Origin: Azolla caroliniana
Taxonomy: Eukaryota > Plantae > Polypodiophyta
Direction: 5' to 3'
Assembly (NCBI GenBank): GCA_043228905.1
Contig: JBHGNT010000017.1
Coordinates: 7,068,001 to 7,132,000, forward strand
DNA: 64,000 nt
A model generated the notes under the pieces. That model did not search any database. It was not told the DNA's origin and was given only the letters and a program-made list of their open reading frames with translations. Shown here one piece after another: positions 38,301-48,800 of the stretch. The position numbers and the translations under genes are program-made. How positions within the stretch are numbered: position 1 is the stretch's first letter; the number at the start of each line of letters is the position of its first letter.

Positions 38301-39397
38301 GGTACAAGAAGTTCGACGACTTCATCCAATCGATCGGCTTCTCCAAAAGCGGTGAGGACCATTGTCTCTTCACCAACACAGCTCAAGATGGATCACCCAT
38401 CTTCCTCATCATCTACGTGGACGACATGCTAATCTCTGGACGCCACGCGGGCGAACTCACCGATCTCATTCGGCAACTGCGGTTGAAGTTTGCCATGAAG
38501 GACCTCGGTCCGGCACGACACATCCTTGGCATGAAGATTAGTCGGCATCGCGATAAACGACATCTTTTTTTGTCTCAGACCGACTATATCGGACGTGTCT
38601 TGGAACGCTTCAACATGCAATCAGCCAAATCTGCTTCAACCCCGCTCCCCATGAATCTTCGGCTCTCTCAGCGAGACTGCCCGACATCCGGTCCGGAGGG
38701 GGAAGATATGAAGTCGGTACCGTATGCACCGGCAGTCGGCTCCCTTATGTACCTGATGGTCGCGACACGGCCTGATATTTCTCACGCCGTAGGAGTCGTC
38801 AGCAGATTTATGCACAATCCTGGCCGATCGCATTGGAACGCAGTCAAGCATGTGTTCAGATATCTGGCTGGCACAAAAGATCACGGCATTCTTTTCGGTC
38901 CGAACCGAACCTCAGGCGTAGTCGGTTACACCGACTCGGACTTCGCCGGCTGTATAGACAGTCGGAAATCAACAACCGGATACTGCTTCAAATTCGGCAA
39001 TGGAGCAATCTCGTGGAAGTCGAAACTTCAAGAGTGCACAACAACCTCAACGACTGAAGCAGAATATGTAGCTGCGTCCGACGCAGCAAAAGAAGCTTTG
39101 TGGCTCGGTCGGCTGGCGCACACGTTTCGACAAGTCGACCATGACTCGGCTCCAGTTGTCTACAGCGACAGTCAAGGTGCTGTTGCCTTGTCGAAAAATC
39201 CGGTTCACCACAACGCCTCCAAACATATCGACGTTCGATATCACTTCGTTCGGGACTGCGTCATCTCAGGGAAAATCGGTCTAGAGAAAATATCCACAAC
39301 CGACAATGTCGCAGATGGAATGACCAAATGTCTTTCGGCAGACCGTTTTCGGTCTCTTCGGCATCAGATGGGCGTAACGACAAACCAGTCCGGTTAG
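35384..39397 (+). CDS. Copia Gag-Pol polyprotein (gag, zinc knuckle, protease, integrase, RT, RNase H), 1337 aa
   Basis: KFDGSNFNFWK, CNYCKKPGHIKADC, WLLDSGAS, LWHRRLGH..CEHC, VHSDVCGP/TDNGGEF/NGIAERMN, QLDVKTAFL, IYVDDML, GYTDSDFAG, SKHIDVRYHF. Confidence 0.97.
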   Translation: MASTSGSSEMSLRKFDGSNFNFWKEQMQDYLIVKGQIDPIENEEPPEGYKPVEWQKLDRIVRATIRMHLSESVYFTVQSCTTAFELWKTLSDTYEKKVAATKMFLIRRLYNLRMKESDSVQAHLNEYESISSQISSQGTAIEDELRAMILMSSLPSSWETFVTTVCNASTTAVKYSEVTSAILTEAARRKSFAKDSTDDAYVVQGSTDRSNIRGRDSSRPPNNQRRRSQSRDNRICNYCKKPGHIKADCRALKNKNNKRSGRHEEINHVSFSADVLPDDPNILSIENPVGSEVLLTTEESSTWLLDSGASFHVTPHRSQFRQYTIRHSDSVRVGNSQHCDIIGIGTVELNLAGGSTLVLHNVRHVPELSRPLISVGQLDEDGIRAGFSSGGWTLHRGNLLLARGPKIHSLYPLHVTLREGNLFLVDIPVSSLWHRRLGHLSKAGITHLSRAGYIPKLSFSDHQFCEHCQYGKQAAASHPTSAPRETRPLDLVHSDVCGPMPHQSLGGASYFVTFIDDSTRKVWAYPIRTKDRVFSIFTDWLAMVENQTDRKLKCLRTDNGGEFKSEEFVKFCRQRGIRREFTAPHSPEQNGIAERMNRTIQERIVSMLQHSGLSDGFWAEALLTAVHIINMSPSRPLGLQIPQELWIGRKPNYDKLRIFGCEAYALIPKDDRRKLAPRSRKCIFLGYGSDGEMGYRLWDPERRQIVRSSDVVFNESAMNPSVEKPIEVRRVTFSDVPTLQEGPALNTRSASRVAEPYTTDSDNSDSAQPNDSVSDHPTSIPDATSPILLRRSERLSQPPERYSPGIFFTDAGEPTSYEEASTSVDSATWHLAMESEMHSIRANKTWDLVELPRNRRALPCKWVYRLKETSDSTTPKYKARLVAKGFRQEYGVDFDEIFSPVVKMTTLRFLLGVVAADNLELIQLDVKTAFLHGDLDEEIYMEKPKGFVATGQEHLVCRLRKSLYGLKQAPRQWYKKFDDFIQSIGFSKSGEDHCLFTNTAQDGSPIFLIIYVDDMLISGRHAGELTDLIRQLRLKFAMKDLGPARHILGMKISRHRDKRHLFLSQTDYIGRVLERFNMQSAKSASTPLPMNLRLSQRDCPTSGPEGEDMKSVPYAPAVGSLMYLMVATRPDISHAVGVVSRFMHNPGRSHWNAVKHVFRYLAGTKDHGILFGPNRTSGVVGYTDSDFAGCIDSRKSTTGYCFKFGNGAISWKSKLQECTTTSTTEAEYVAASDAAKEALWLGRLAHTFRQVDHDSAPVVYSDSQGAVALSKNPVHHNASKHIDVRYHFVRDCVISGKIGLEKISTTDNVADGMTKCLSADRFRSLRHQMGVTTNQSG

Positions 39398-39590
39398 AGC
39401 CGGACACAGAGCAGAATGGTTCCCGACAACCGACATCAGTTCCTTAATGATCGGCTTCGACTGTTCCGACCCGACCAGTTCGGTCTTCTGCCTTCGGACC
39501 CTGCCGACTCGAACAAAGCTGATATGTCCGAGAACCTAAGTCTATACCTGTAATCTCAGATAACCCATGTATACGCCCATTACGGGGGAG

Positions 39591-39872
39591 TGTCGAATAC
39601 ATGTGTATAATGGACGTATTCACATTATCCCGTTTTGACCATTTCTGTAATTAGCATAAAGGGTAGTTGCCCTAAGTCAGTCACTATATATAGTGACCTT
39701 GTAACCTCTTTGTGTGGTTGGTTGTTGTATTCTTGTTTATGCAATAGAAAGACTCTTTTGTGTGTCTCTCTCTCTCTCTCTCTGTGCAACGACCTACCTT
39801 CTGTCATACGCAGGGAATGAACAGGAATCGAGTGCTTCTTGATCTTCCGCACTGACGACATCGCTTTCAACA
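39591..39872 (+). repeat. 3' LTR of intact Copia
   Basis: TG...CA, preceded by PPT. Confidence 0.97.
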
Positions 39873-41659
39873 TGGTGTGTGTGTGTGTGTGTGTGTGACT
39901 CGGTGTCAAGCGTGCGCTCCCTCTCTTTCTCTCTCTCTCGTTCGGTTGCGTCCGGAGAGTGTTCGGAATCTTCTTCTCGGCTTCCCTTCTTCCCTAGTCC
40001 GAGATCCCCGTGGTCCCGCCCTTCTACACGCACGCGAGTAACAACGCAACAACGTTGTGTTTGACGAGTCTGCGTCGTGGTACTTGCCTTCGACTCCAAC
40101 CCTTGACGACTCCATTCCGAATTTTGATGAAGATGTTAGCGAGGTTGAGATGCCTTTGCATGATGAGGATATCAGAGCTTTGAGAGAGAGTTCGATCTCA
40201 TTTCAGCTAAGTGAGTTGAATGAAGGGTTGAGCCGAGATGGCCGACCTTTTGAAGAACCGGCGAGTAGTGGAGACTCAGCTGTGTTGTCCCTGTGTAAAG
40301 AACCCAGGAGGTGGTTTACGCGTAAAGAAAAAGGGAAGAAGAAAATGTCGGAGTATGATTTCGGCAGTGCTGAGTCAGATCGGAGAGAATCTGACTTCGG
40401 GCCAATCAAGAAGGAACCTCCGCGAAAGAGGTCGAAGTTGGCTGAGAGGGCCGCGAAATCGGCTAATTACGAATTACACTGATCTACCCGCCTAAACAAC
40501 CCACTAAAGAGATATGGGTATAATGCGTACATGGCGCACCATTATGCGTACATGACGCGAGTGGTGGAAGTGCGTGAGCTGGAGAGCAACGCAGAAGCGG
40601 TGGAAGATGCAAACTGGTGTGCCACGATGGAGGAAGAGATGCATGCTTTAACGGACAACGAGACTTGGGACCTGGTTGACACACCTAAAGGTGTAAAGCC
40701 GATCGGATGCAGGTGGGTATTTGAGGTGAAATACAACACCGACGGCTCGGTCAACCGATATAAGGCCCGTTTGGTTGCGAAAGGCTACACAGAGAAGCAC
40801 AACGTAGATTACGACGAGACATTCACGCCAGTTGCGAAGATGACCACGGTGCGCGTTCTACTAGCCGTAGAAATGGTGAAGGGGTGGCACTTCCATCAGA
40901 TGGATGTAAAAAATGCGTTCCTGCAAGGCGATCTTGAGGAATAGGTGTACATGGTACATCCCCCCAGATTTCTATCCGAACAGAACACTTTGGCAATTTG
41001 CCGATTGAAGAAGGTGTTATACAGACTTAAACAAGCCCCGCGAGCTTGGAACGCGAAGATTACACAACAATTGCGTAGAATGGGGTTTACGACGTCCAGA
41101 TCGGACTCTTCGTTGTTCATTCGGAAAGGTCAACATGGACTAGTTTGTCTTTTACTTTATGTTGATGATTTAGTTTGTTAGCCTATCTCACCCCCTCTGG
41201 ACAGAAACGTCAAGCTTTGCCCAGATTCAGGAAAGGCGTGCGGCCCGACACGATTTCGACAGATTGTCAGAAGCCTCATCTACTTGACCATCATTCGGCG
41301 AGACCTCATCTATCCGATCGGCTTGATCAGTCGATTTATGTCACAGCCTATGGCTGAACTCTTTCAATGCACGCAAAGGATATTGCGATATGTCAGTGGT
41401 ACTAAGGACATGGTGTTGTTGTATCGCGCAGGTGTAGCCGAACAATTAGTTGGCTACAAAGATGCCGATTGGGCCGGAACCCGGGGACTCCACCATATAT
41501 AAAGAGGTTGTATCACGTGCGTTCACGACATCTTTTATAAACCCCTTATACATATGTTTTTTATTATTTTCGAGCCCTTTTGTAAAAAAACAGTTAATAA
41601 AAATACCGCTTAGTGCAAATATATATATTTGACAACAACTCATTTTAAATGCCCTTACA

Positions 41660-41950
41660 TAGAAAACACATGTATGTTCAATATATATGTGTGTGTATAT
41701 TGTATTGTATTGCATGTGTTGTATATATTTTATGTATGGGTTATGTGTATGTATTGTATTACATGTGAATGTCATATGTAGTGTATTGTATTCCACGTTT
41801 ATATATGCATGTAGTGTATTGTATTGCATGTGTTGTATATATTTTATGTATGGCATGTATGTATGTGCATGTAAATGTAATGATATATGTGTGTGTATAT
41901 ATGTTTGTGTATGTGTGTGCATGTGTTCTATATATGTGCATCCGTGAATG
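41660..41950. repeat. TA/TG-rich low-complexity minisatellite
   Basis: GTATTGTATTGCATGTGTTGTATATATTTTATGTATGG repeated; resembles the start of 52440-54280. Confidence 0.75.
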
Positions 41951-44679
41951 TGTTTTATAGATGTCACTACAACAAAATAAGCTAGTAGTGATGCCAAAAC
42001 ACATCACTATTGGCACTGTTGATATATTATCATTGTGCAACACCTTTTGAAAAGATTAAATTTTGTATTTTGTTTTTTTTGTTTCCCTTTTTTTATTTTT
42101 TAATGTGTTTTTTTATTTTTTAAATGTGTTTGTATGTATGTTTGTTTGCATGTATGTTGGTGTGGAGCATGTGTCTTCAAACCATCTTCGAAGAAGGATC
42201 ACCATCTAAGCACTAAGCATGAAAGGTTGTCTTCGTTCCATTTCATCTTCTCTTACATGCCTATGTACCAATGCATATATCATGGCTTCATGGAAATGAA
42301 AAACAATATATCTAAAAGAGCATATATAATAACAAGATAGTATACTATGAGATGTCCAAGAATCATTCACAACATTCAACTTGAGCAAGAACTTCACTGG
42401 ATAAAATTTTGCAATGCTAGAACAAACACACACTAAATTTTTCTCTAAGAAAAATTGAGCATTTGAGTCCCTAAGTTTTTACAATGCAATCACTCACACG
42501 TAATACTTTTAACCTATAAAACATATTCTCTTCCATAGCCATAGCCATTAATATCTCTACAGCAGAAACAGAGTAAGTAGGCTCTGGAACCTGCAGCGCT
42601 TTACATTGAGAACATTTAATCTGAAATTTGCAATAAAAGTAGTGTTGGGTTATCTCTCTGCAGGAAAAACAAAGTAAGTAGACTTTGGAACCCACAGAGT
42701 TTTACATCAAGAACATTTAATCTGAAATTTGCAAGAAAAGTAGTGTTGGGTTATCATCAATGTAAATATGAACAAGCTTCATGTACATGCGCTTTATCAT
42801 TGTCCTTATGAAATCTGAGATTTGCAAACCTACACACAAAAAACACGTTTTTTTACTTCTTTGTTGAGCACCATCATTCAATAAATTGAAAACCTATATA
42901 ATAACAATAAGAAACCAAAGGTTAATATGTTGTGCAAATGAAATAACACAATCAAAATTATAGTTGCAAACAAAAGATGTAGTGTAATAATCAAGAAGCA
43001 TGAATCATTATATCTTCACCTCTTAAGTAATGCTACAATCTTGATCCCATGCACAATTAGATCAACTTTTTTGGTCCATAATAGAATCTGCAACAAACAA
43101 AAGATGTAGAGTAATAATCAAGAAGCGTCAATTGTTATACCTTCACCACCTAAGTGATCCCACACACAATAACATCAACTTATGTGGTCTATAATATAAT
43201 ATGCAACCCATAACTATGTATGTATATATATTTATAACCATGTATGGATGCATGCCTAGTTGTTTTCATGTTACTATATCTGCCTCGATGAACTCACTTT
43301 TCTCCAAGCCATCAATGCTGGAAGCTTGAATTAACAAAGCCTACTTCCTTATAGTTTCAAAGGAAACTCCAACATTGCAAGAGCTATTCAAGGTCAAGAC
43401 ACTCATATATGTCATTTCTTGCCCAAATGTAAACATGTTTCAATCTCTTCCATTGTTCCAATGCTATCATGCCACCTTGAATAGCAAAGAAATTTGGAAA
43501 CGAAACAAGAGAATGGAACTTCATGTTTGGGTTAGCAGATTAAGATTATCATTAATATAACAAATATCAACATGATCCACATGGCCTTTCCAACAAAGAT
43601 ATCACAAAATAAATTAAGTGTTTTTATGTGCACCTCACTGTTGCTTCATCGAGATTCAAATGGTATGGCATAAGCTCTTTGGAAGTTGTATTGGTCCGCC
43701 TTCTTTCTTTTTTAGAGCATGTAGATGTGGAATCGAGCTTGCATTCGCACGAAAGCTTGCACAAATTACAACAAACTCTTGTTCGATTGTCACTGGAATC
43801 TCTAGCCTCTATTGTCAATCACTTCTTGAAGCCACATGAGGTTTCTCAAGACCGAAAGAGCTCGTCTTTCATGTGAAATGACAATAGCAAATACACATAG
43901 TAACATGGCACAAAAGTCATGCGAGATAATGTTGCAAATGCATGTGTGCATGCATTCATACATGCATACAAACACAACCATGCACATGCATATGCAAATA
44001 CACGTACAAATTGCATACACATACACACACAAACATCATTTTAAACTTATATGGTACTAAACTAAGAACCTTCATGTTTGCAATGACACCTTCCCTCATG
44101 TTTTCGGCATCATTGATTTATCATCGATCAAGTGACAATATTTCCATAAGACCCTCCAATTGATCTGCTTTTTTGGGTATCCTTGCAAAGAAAATTCATA
44201 GACAAAAGTTTTTAATACATAATTAATATGATAATATATACAAGGCTATACAGAAATCAAAGTGAAATAAAAAGAAACAATGAAAGGAACAATAAAATTT
44301 CAACAAAAGCTAAAGTTGTTATATTACAATTTAAAGATGCAAGATTGTAAAAATCAATTGAGAAATTGCACGTGAAAAAAAGAAAACCAAATAATTCTTA
44401 AAATCAATGCTTTGTTAAAAAAATTAACAATCCTAAGCATTTTAGGATTATATAGAGAACAATGGAGAAATCGATGTAAAAAACAAAAAACGAAAGTTCA
44501 CACATTAGAATCTATCCTTCTCTCCGCCTTCTTGTAGCTCGTCCTACACATCCTTGCTTGCTAGAGGAGGACTACTTCGAAGAGGAGTTCGATCAAGCTG
44601 ATGGTGCTTTCCCTCTCTCTCTCCCACCCTCCCCCTTTTATAGTAACTTGTAGTAGCTTAGTGGCTAAGATTTATAAGT

Positions 44680-45172
44680 ATATGTAGAGAGGTGTAGAGT
44701 TTGAGTCTCTCTTCTTAATGTTGGTCTCAATATAAAGCAAGAATGTCTATTGATCGTATCCAACTTATCTCATCACCAATATGAGTAGTAATGCTCGTAG
44801 ATCTCACAAGTTAGGTATTGAAGTTGCATCATGGTAACAAAATGTAACGAATTTGAAGACATGTAAAGTATGCAATGAAGGCATGGTAGAGGATGAATCT
44901 CACTTGCTCTTCACATGCTCGACATATAGTGCAAGTCGTTCAAGATATGATGACATACTAAGAGGGAGTGATAACTTAAGTGTCATACTTAAGACACCAC
45001 CAAGAAGGTTGAGCTCATATGTGTATGCTTTACTAACACATAGAGACTTTGTGCTTCAACGTATGAATAGCCCTTCTTAGGAAGGAGACATATATCAAGA
45101 ACACATGTATATTCTGGTCCCATAGGCCAAAATTGGCCTCTTTATGGACGATAAAAATTCTAATTCTAATTA
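44680..45172 (+). mobile_element. 5'-truncated LINE 3' end (same group as 1-4848) with (ATTCTA)n tail
   Basis: RSHKLGIEV...TCKVCNEGMVEDESHLLFTCSTY homologous to 4030-4190; AGGCCAAAATTGGCCT hairpin and GACGATAA. Confidence 0.85.
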
Positions 45173-45840
45173 TTCCCAAGTCGAAATAAACCCTCTCTCT
45201 CTCTCTCTCTCTATGGAATCATCTCTTTAGAGCATATTAGCTTTTTTCCCATCACCATAACAAAAGTGTTAGAGCAAAATAGAAGGTCTCGAGTAACAAA
45301 AGCAAAAAAGAAGTCAATACTCATTTACAAAGAAAAGTCTGTAAAGTTTTCATTTCATTTACTTCCTCCAATTACGTGAATCCGAGCCACCACTTGAATA
45401 CCTATTATTACCCCCAGCATTGTGATTGCTACCACCATCGCCACCATTTCTACCACCATTCACATCATTATAGCCATCGGCACAACCATTGCCACCATAT
45501 TCACCATTTCCTCCATTTGATCTCTCTCTGCTACCATAACTTTCATGATCTCCATATCATGAACCAACACCTCCATTGGAGGCACGATAGACTCCATCAC
45601 CCCCGCCCGATCTTGCCTGAGCTTGGTTCACAGTAATGTTGCTTCCATCCGGCTCTTTTCCATTCATTGACTCAATCACATCCGTCATCGCTTGCTCATC
45701 AGAGAATGTCACAAAGTCAAAGCCTTGTGATCATTACGTTTCACAATCATTGATAACCTTGGAGTCGACAACTTCGCGAAGTATCGAAAGGCGTCGGCAA
45801 TGCTGCGATCATCCGTGGTCCACGCGAGACCTTCGACGAA

Positions 45841-48800
45841 TGTTTGTCCGCTAGAATAGTAATCGATGGACAAGAGCATAGGAATAAGAAATAATATAAG
45901 ATCATAACGCATGTAACGGTTCACGCAGGAAGCGTGAACGGCTAAATAGACCCTGCGTATATAAAGGGCAGAAAAGCTCTGATAGAGGCGCGTGTAATTT
46001 TGGAATGTAAAGGAACGTATCATAATAGAATTCTATCTTCTCTGAAAGTTTGTGTATAGCTACGGCTAATCTACTGTATGTCTAGAATACCTGAGCGTGT
46101 AAGAACGTAAGTGTAACCATTGCTAAGGAGTCAGTTGTAGCCGTCTCCCTTATACGCTGATAGGTTACAGGGAACATTCCCCTACGCATTGCGCATAGAC
46201 GCCTATTCGTTGTTCCACAACCACTTGGAGGTCTAGGTCGAAGGACTGATAGCAGACCGTGTTCCTAAGCGGTAACACTTTTGGCACGTTTGGTCATCTG
46301 TGTCTTCTCACAGACGAGCAACGACGAATGGATGTTTAGCCGCAGATGCCCCAAAGAACCAACACGACAAGACCGTCCAATAACAAGGTCCGTCACACGC
46401 CTGGCAGAAGAACGCACACGGCAAAAGCCTCGCCTCAGCGACCTCAGCACTACCTGCCGTGATTACAAAGGTGAGTCTTCGCTCTCCAAATACCTCGACA
46501 AGATGTGGGGAGTACGCTCACCACAACTACCCTGTGGTCTTTCTCGACCCGCCGTAGCCCCTAGCATGGCCTTTGCCTACCCCCGCTTTAACGGCAAAAC
46601 CGACGCCGCAACCCATATTCGCATGTTCCTTAATGTCTGGAATGCGAACCACATGGCGCAGAGCCTTTCGGAGGCGGTAGCGCACCAGTCAAAAATGACG
46701 GAGTTCGGGTTAACATTGGATGGGCGAGCGGCGTTTTGGCATTCACAGATGGATTTACCAGCAATCACAACCTTCAATCAGCTCCAATCCGCGTTCTTGC
46801 GGTTCTTCCATCGGAGGGTTCCACAACGTGAAATCCTCGGACAATTCTACACGATTAAGAAACTGCCGACCGAGACGATCGCAGATTTCAGCTTATGTTT
46901 CCAAAATCTACGACGGAAACTATAACGGAGGACGAGGCTTGAGAAACATTTCTGGCAGCATTACGCCGACCCATCCGAGCAACGCTCAACAACAATAGCA
47001 TGAAAGGGGAAACGACGCATATGGTCATTGAACGAGCGTTACAACTCGAGTTGGACGAGGAGGAGGAAAGGTTTTCTATGTCCTCCTTACGACAAGCGTT
47101 ACCCCAGGACGAGGAACGCCAGTTTCGTCAAGCAATCTAGTGCACGATTTGCTTGAACTTGGGGCATTCCGCAGTGGAGTGCAATATGTGAATCCACTGC
47201 CCAATCTGCCACTCGAAGGCTCACACAGTCGAACAATGCGAATACAATATGTTGAACAGAGCCACTCCCACAGTCCGCAGCGTCCACCACGCCGGACTGA
47301 ACAAAGGAGGCAAGAAGATCGACCACGGTATGTGGATCGCAACCCACGGGATGACCGGCACCACCGAAATCGCCGAAATCACAACGACTCCGAGGAAGAC
47401 GAACCAGAGGACGAGGATTATCGTGGACATCCGAGTTATGCTAAAGGGGGCCGACGCTACGAGAATCACCGGCCGACAAACAAACGGGCGGCTTCAATGG
47501 TTATCGTGGGGAGCCGCGAAAATATCGAGATCACCGGCGTTACGACGAAAGCTCGGGAGATGAGCGACACCAAGAACAACGACGGAACCAACAACAACCA
47601 CCGCGTGAGTTCCGACAAACAAGGCCGGACCGCGAGGAGCAAGTAGCACCAGGGGAGCGGCACACACCACCAGGAGGCAAGAAGGGTGAATCAAGCATAC
47701 ATTGTTTTATTTGTCAGCAGCCCAGACATTATGCCACGCAATGCCCAACACGCAAGGGAAAGGGGCCCGCCGTCAATACGATTACGACAGAAGTGCAGCA
47801 AGTCACGACACGCCAGCAAACAAAAACAGTTGATTGGGCTGCGCAAGACGAGATACGACGACAAGCCCATGCATGGGTGAAAAAAGCAAACGCAACCAAT
47901 ACGGAACGTATGCAGAAGGAGTCCGCGAACGCGAGGGAGCGAGCAGAGGACGAAGGACAGGTCCCGGACCCCATTTGGCAGCCATTAACGGGCTGCGAGA
48001 TAACGTTAACCGTGGAGAAACTGCTGCAGCTAGTCCCACGTTTCCGCCAGACCATGGAAGAACGGGTGACAGGCATACCCGGGGTGAGCGTCGCTACAAA
48101 CCTTACAAACGTTAGCGACGGACCGTCGGTAGTGGATCAACACAACCCGGCTATTACATTAATATTACATGGACAAGAAATTCCTGGATGCGTAATCAAT
48201 GGCGGCTCAGGCGTCAATGTAATTAGCGCGAAAACTTGCGAGCAGTTAGGCATTTCAGAATGGGAGGCTTGCCCATTCTAGCTCCGAATGGCAGATACCT
48301 GGTTAGTACGACCATTGGGGTTAATTCGCAAAATAGGCATTATCGTGGGCGGACATCGCTTCGACATCTCACAGGTCGTCCTCGCCTTGGACGCCCCATA
48401 GGCGTACCCAGTGCTTCTAGGCAGACCATGGCTTTGGGCAGCAAATATCAAGCAGAGCTGGCAACACAAGTGTATCAGTTTCCAACACGGACGCACCAAG
48501 GTTCGCGTACCTACGGAAGGAAGCACGCCACAACCCAAGTGTATAACACCATTATAAGTAGAAGATATAAATATGTTGGCTAGGGTGGAGGATGCAGAAT
48601 TAGAGGCATATCTAGATGAGCACCCACAGATCATTCCGCTATTCGAAATCGATCTCATCGCAACCGCGGCAGGATATGCTACGGACACTATTCTCCATGA
48701 CGAGGCTTATGACGAGTCACCGCTTCCGACCTAGAAGAAGTAAATGTGGGTATGGAGTCGGAACCCCGTTTCCTCTCCATCGCAAAGGAATTAAGGCCGG

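Larger units (their letters stand above)
34522..39872 (+). mobile_element. Intact, very recent Ty1/Copia retrotransposon
   Basis: 282-bp LTRs 34522-34803 and 39591-39872 differ at one position; TSD TGGTG both sides; PBS TGGTATCAGAGC at 34806; PPT GGGGGAG; single uninterrupted gag-pol ORF. Confidence 0.98.
29083..40051 (+). mobile_element. Non-autonomous Gypsy-type element (gag only), tRNA-Trp PBS; LTRs 29083-29910 and 33902-40051 (the latter split by a nested Copia)
   Basis: Long direct repeats with TATA, TTTAGGGTTAG, (CTT)n and (TG)n; PBS TGGTGAACCCGACGTGA 29915-29931; gag-like VGRFNGDKVPSYLEAY; no RT/IN motifs; PPT GGTGGGGGCAGA 33890-33901. Confidence 0.8.
27704..41478 (+). mobile_element. 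Host Copia element (same family as 58332): 5' LTR 27704-28083, gag 28186-29080, RT remnants 40052-41478; interrupted and 3'-truncated
   Basis: PBS TGGTATCAGAGC at 28084; gag close to 58836 (MDRGM.SSLP.EKLDR.NYASWSYKMHQYLLGHGYWSYVEG); resumes at VVFDESASWY and continues to RT LLYVDDL. Confidence 0.88.
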
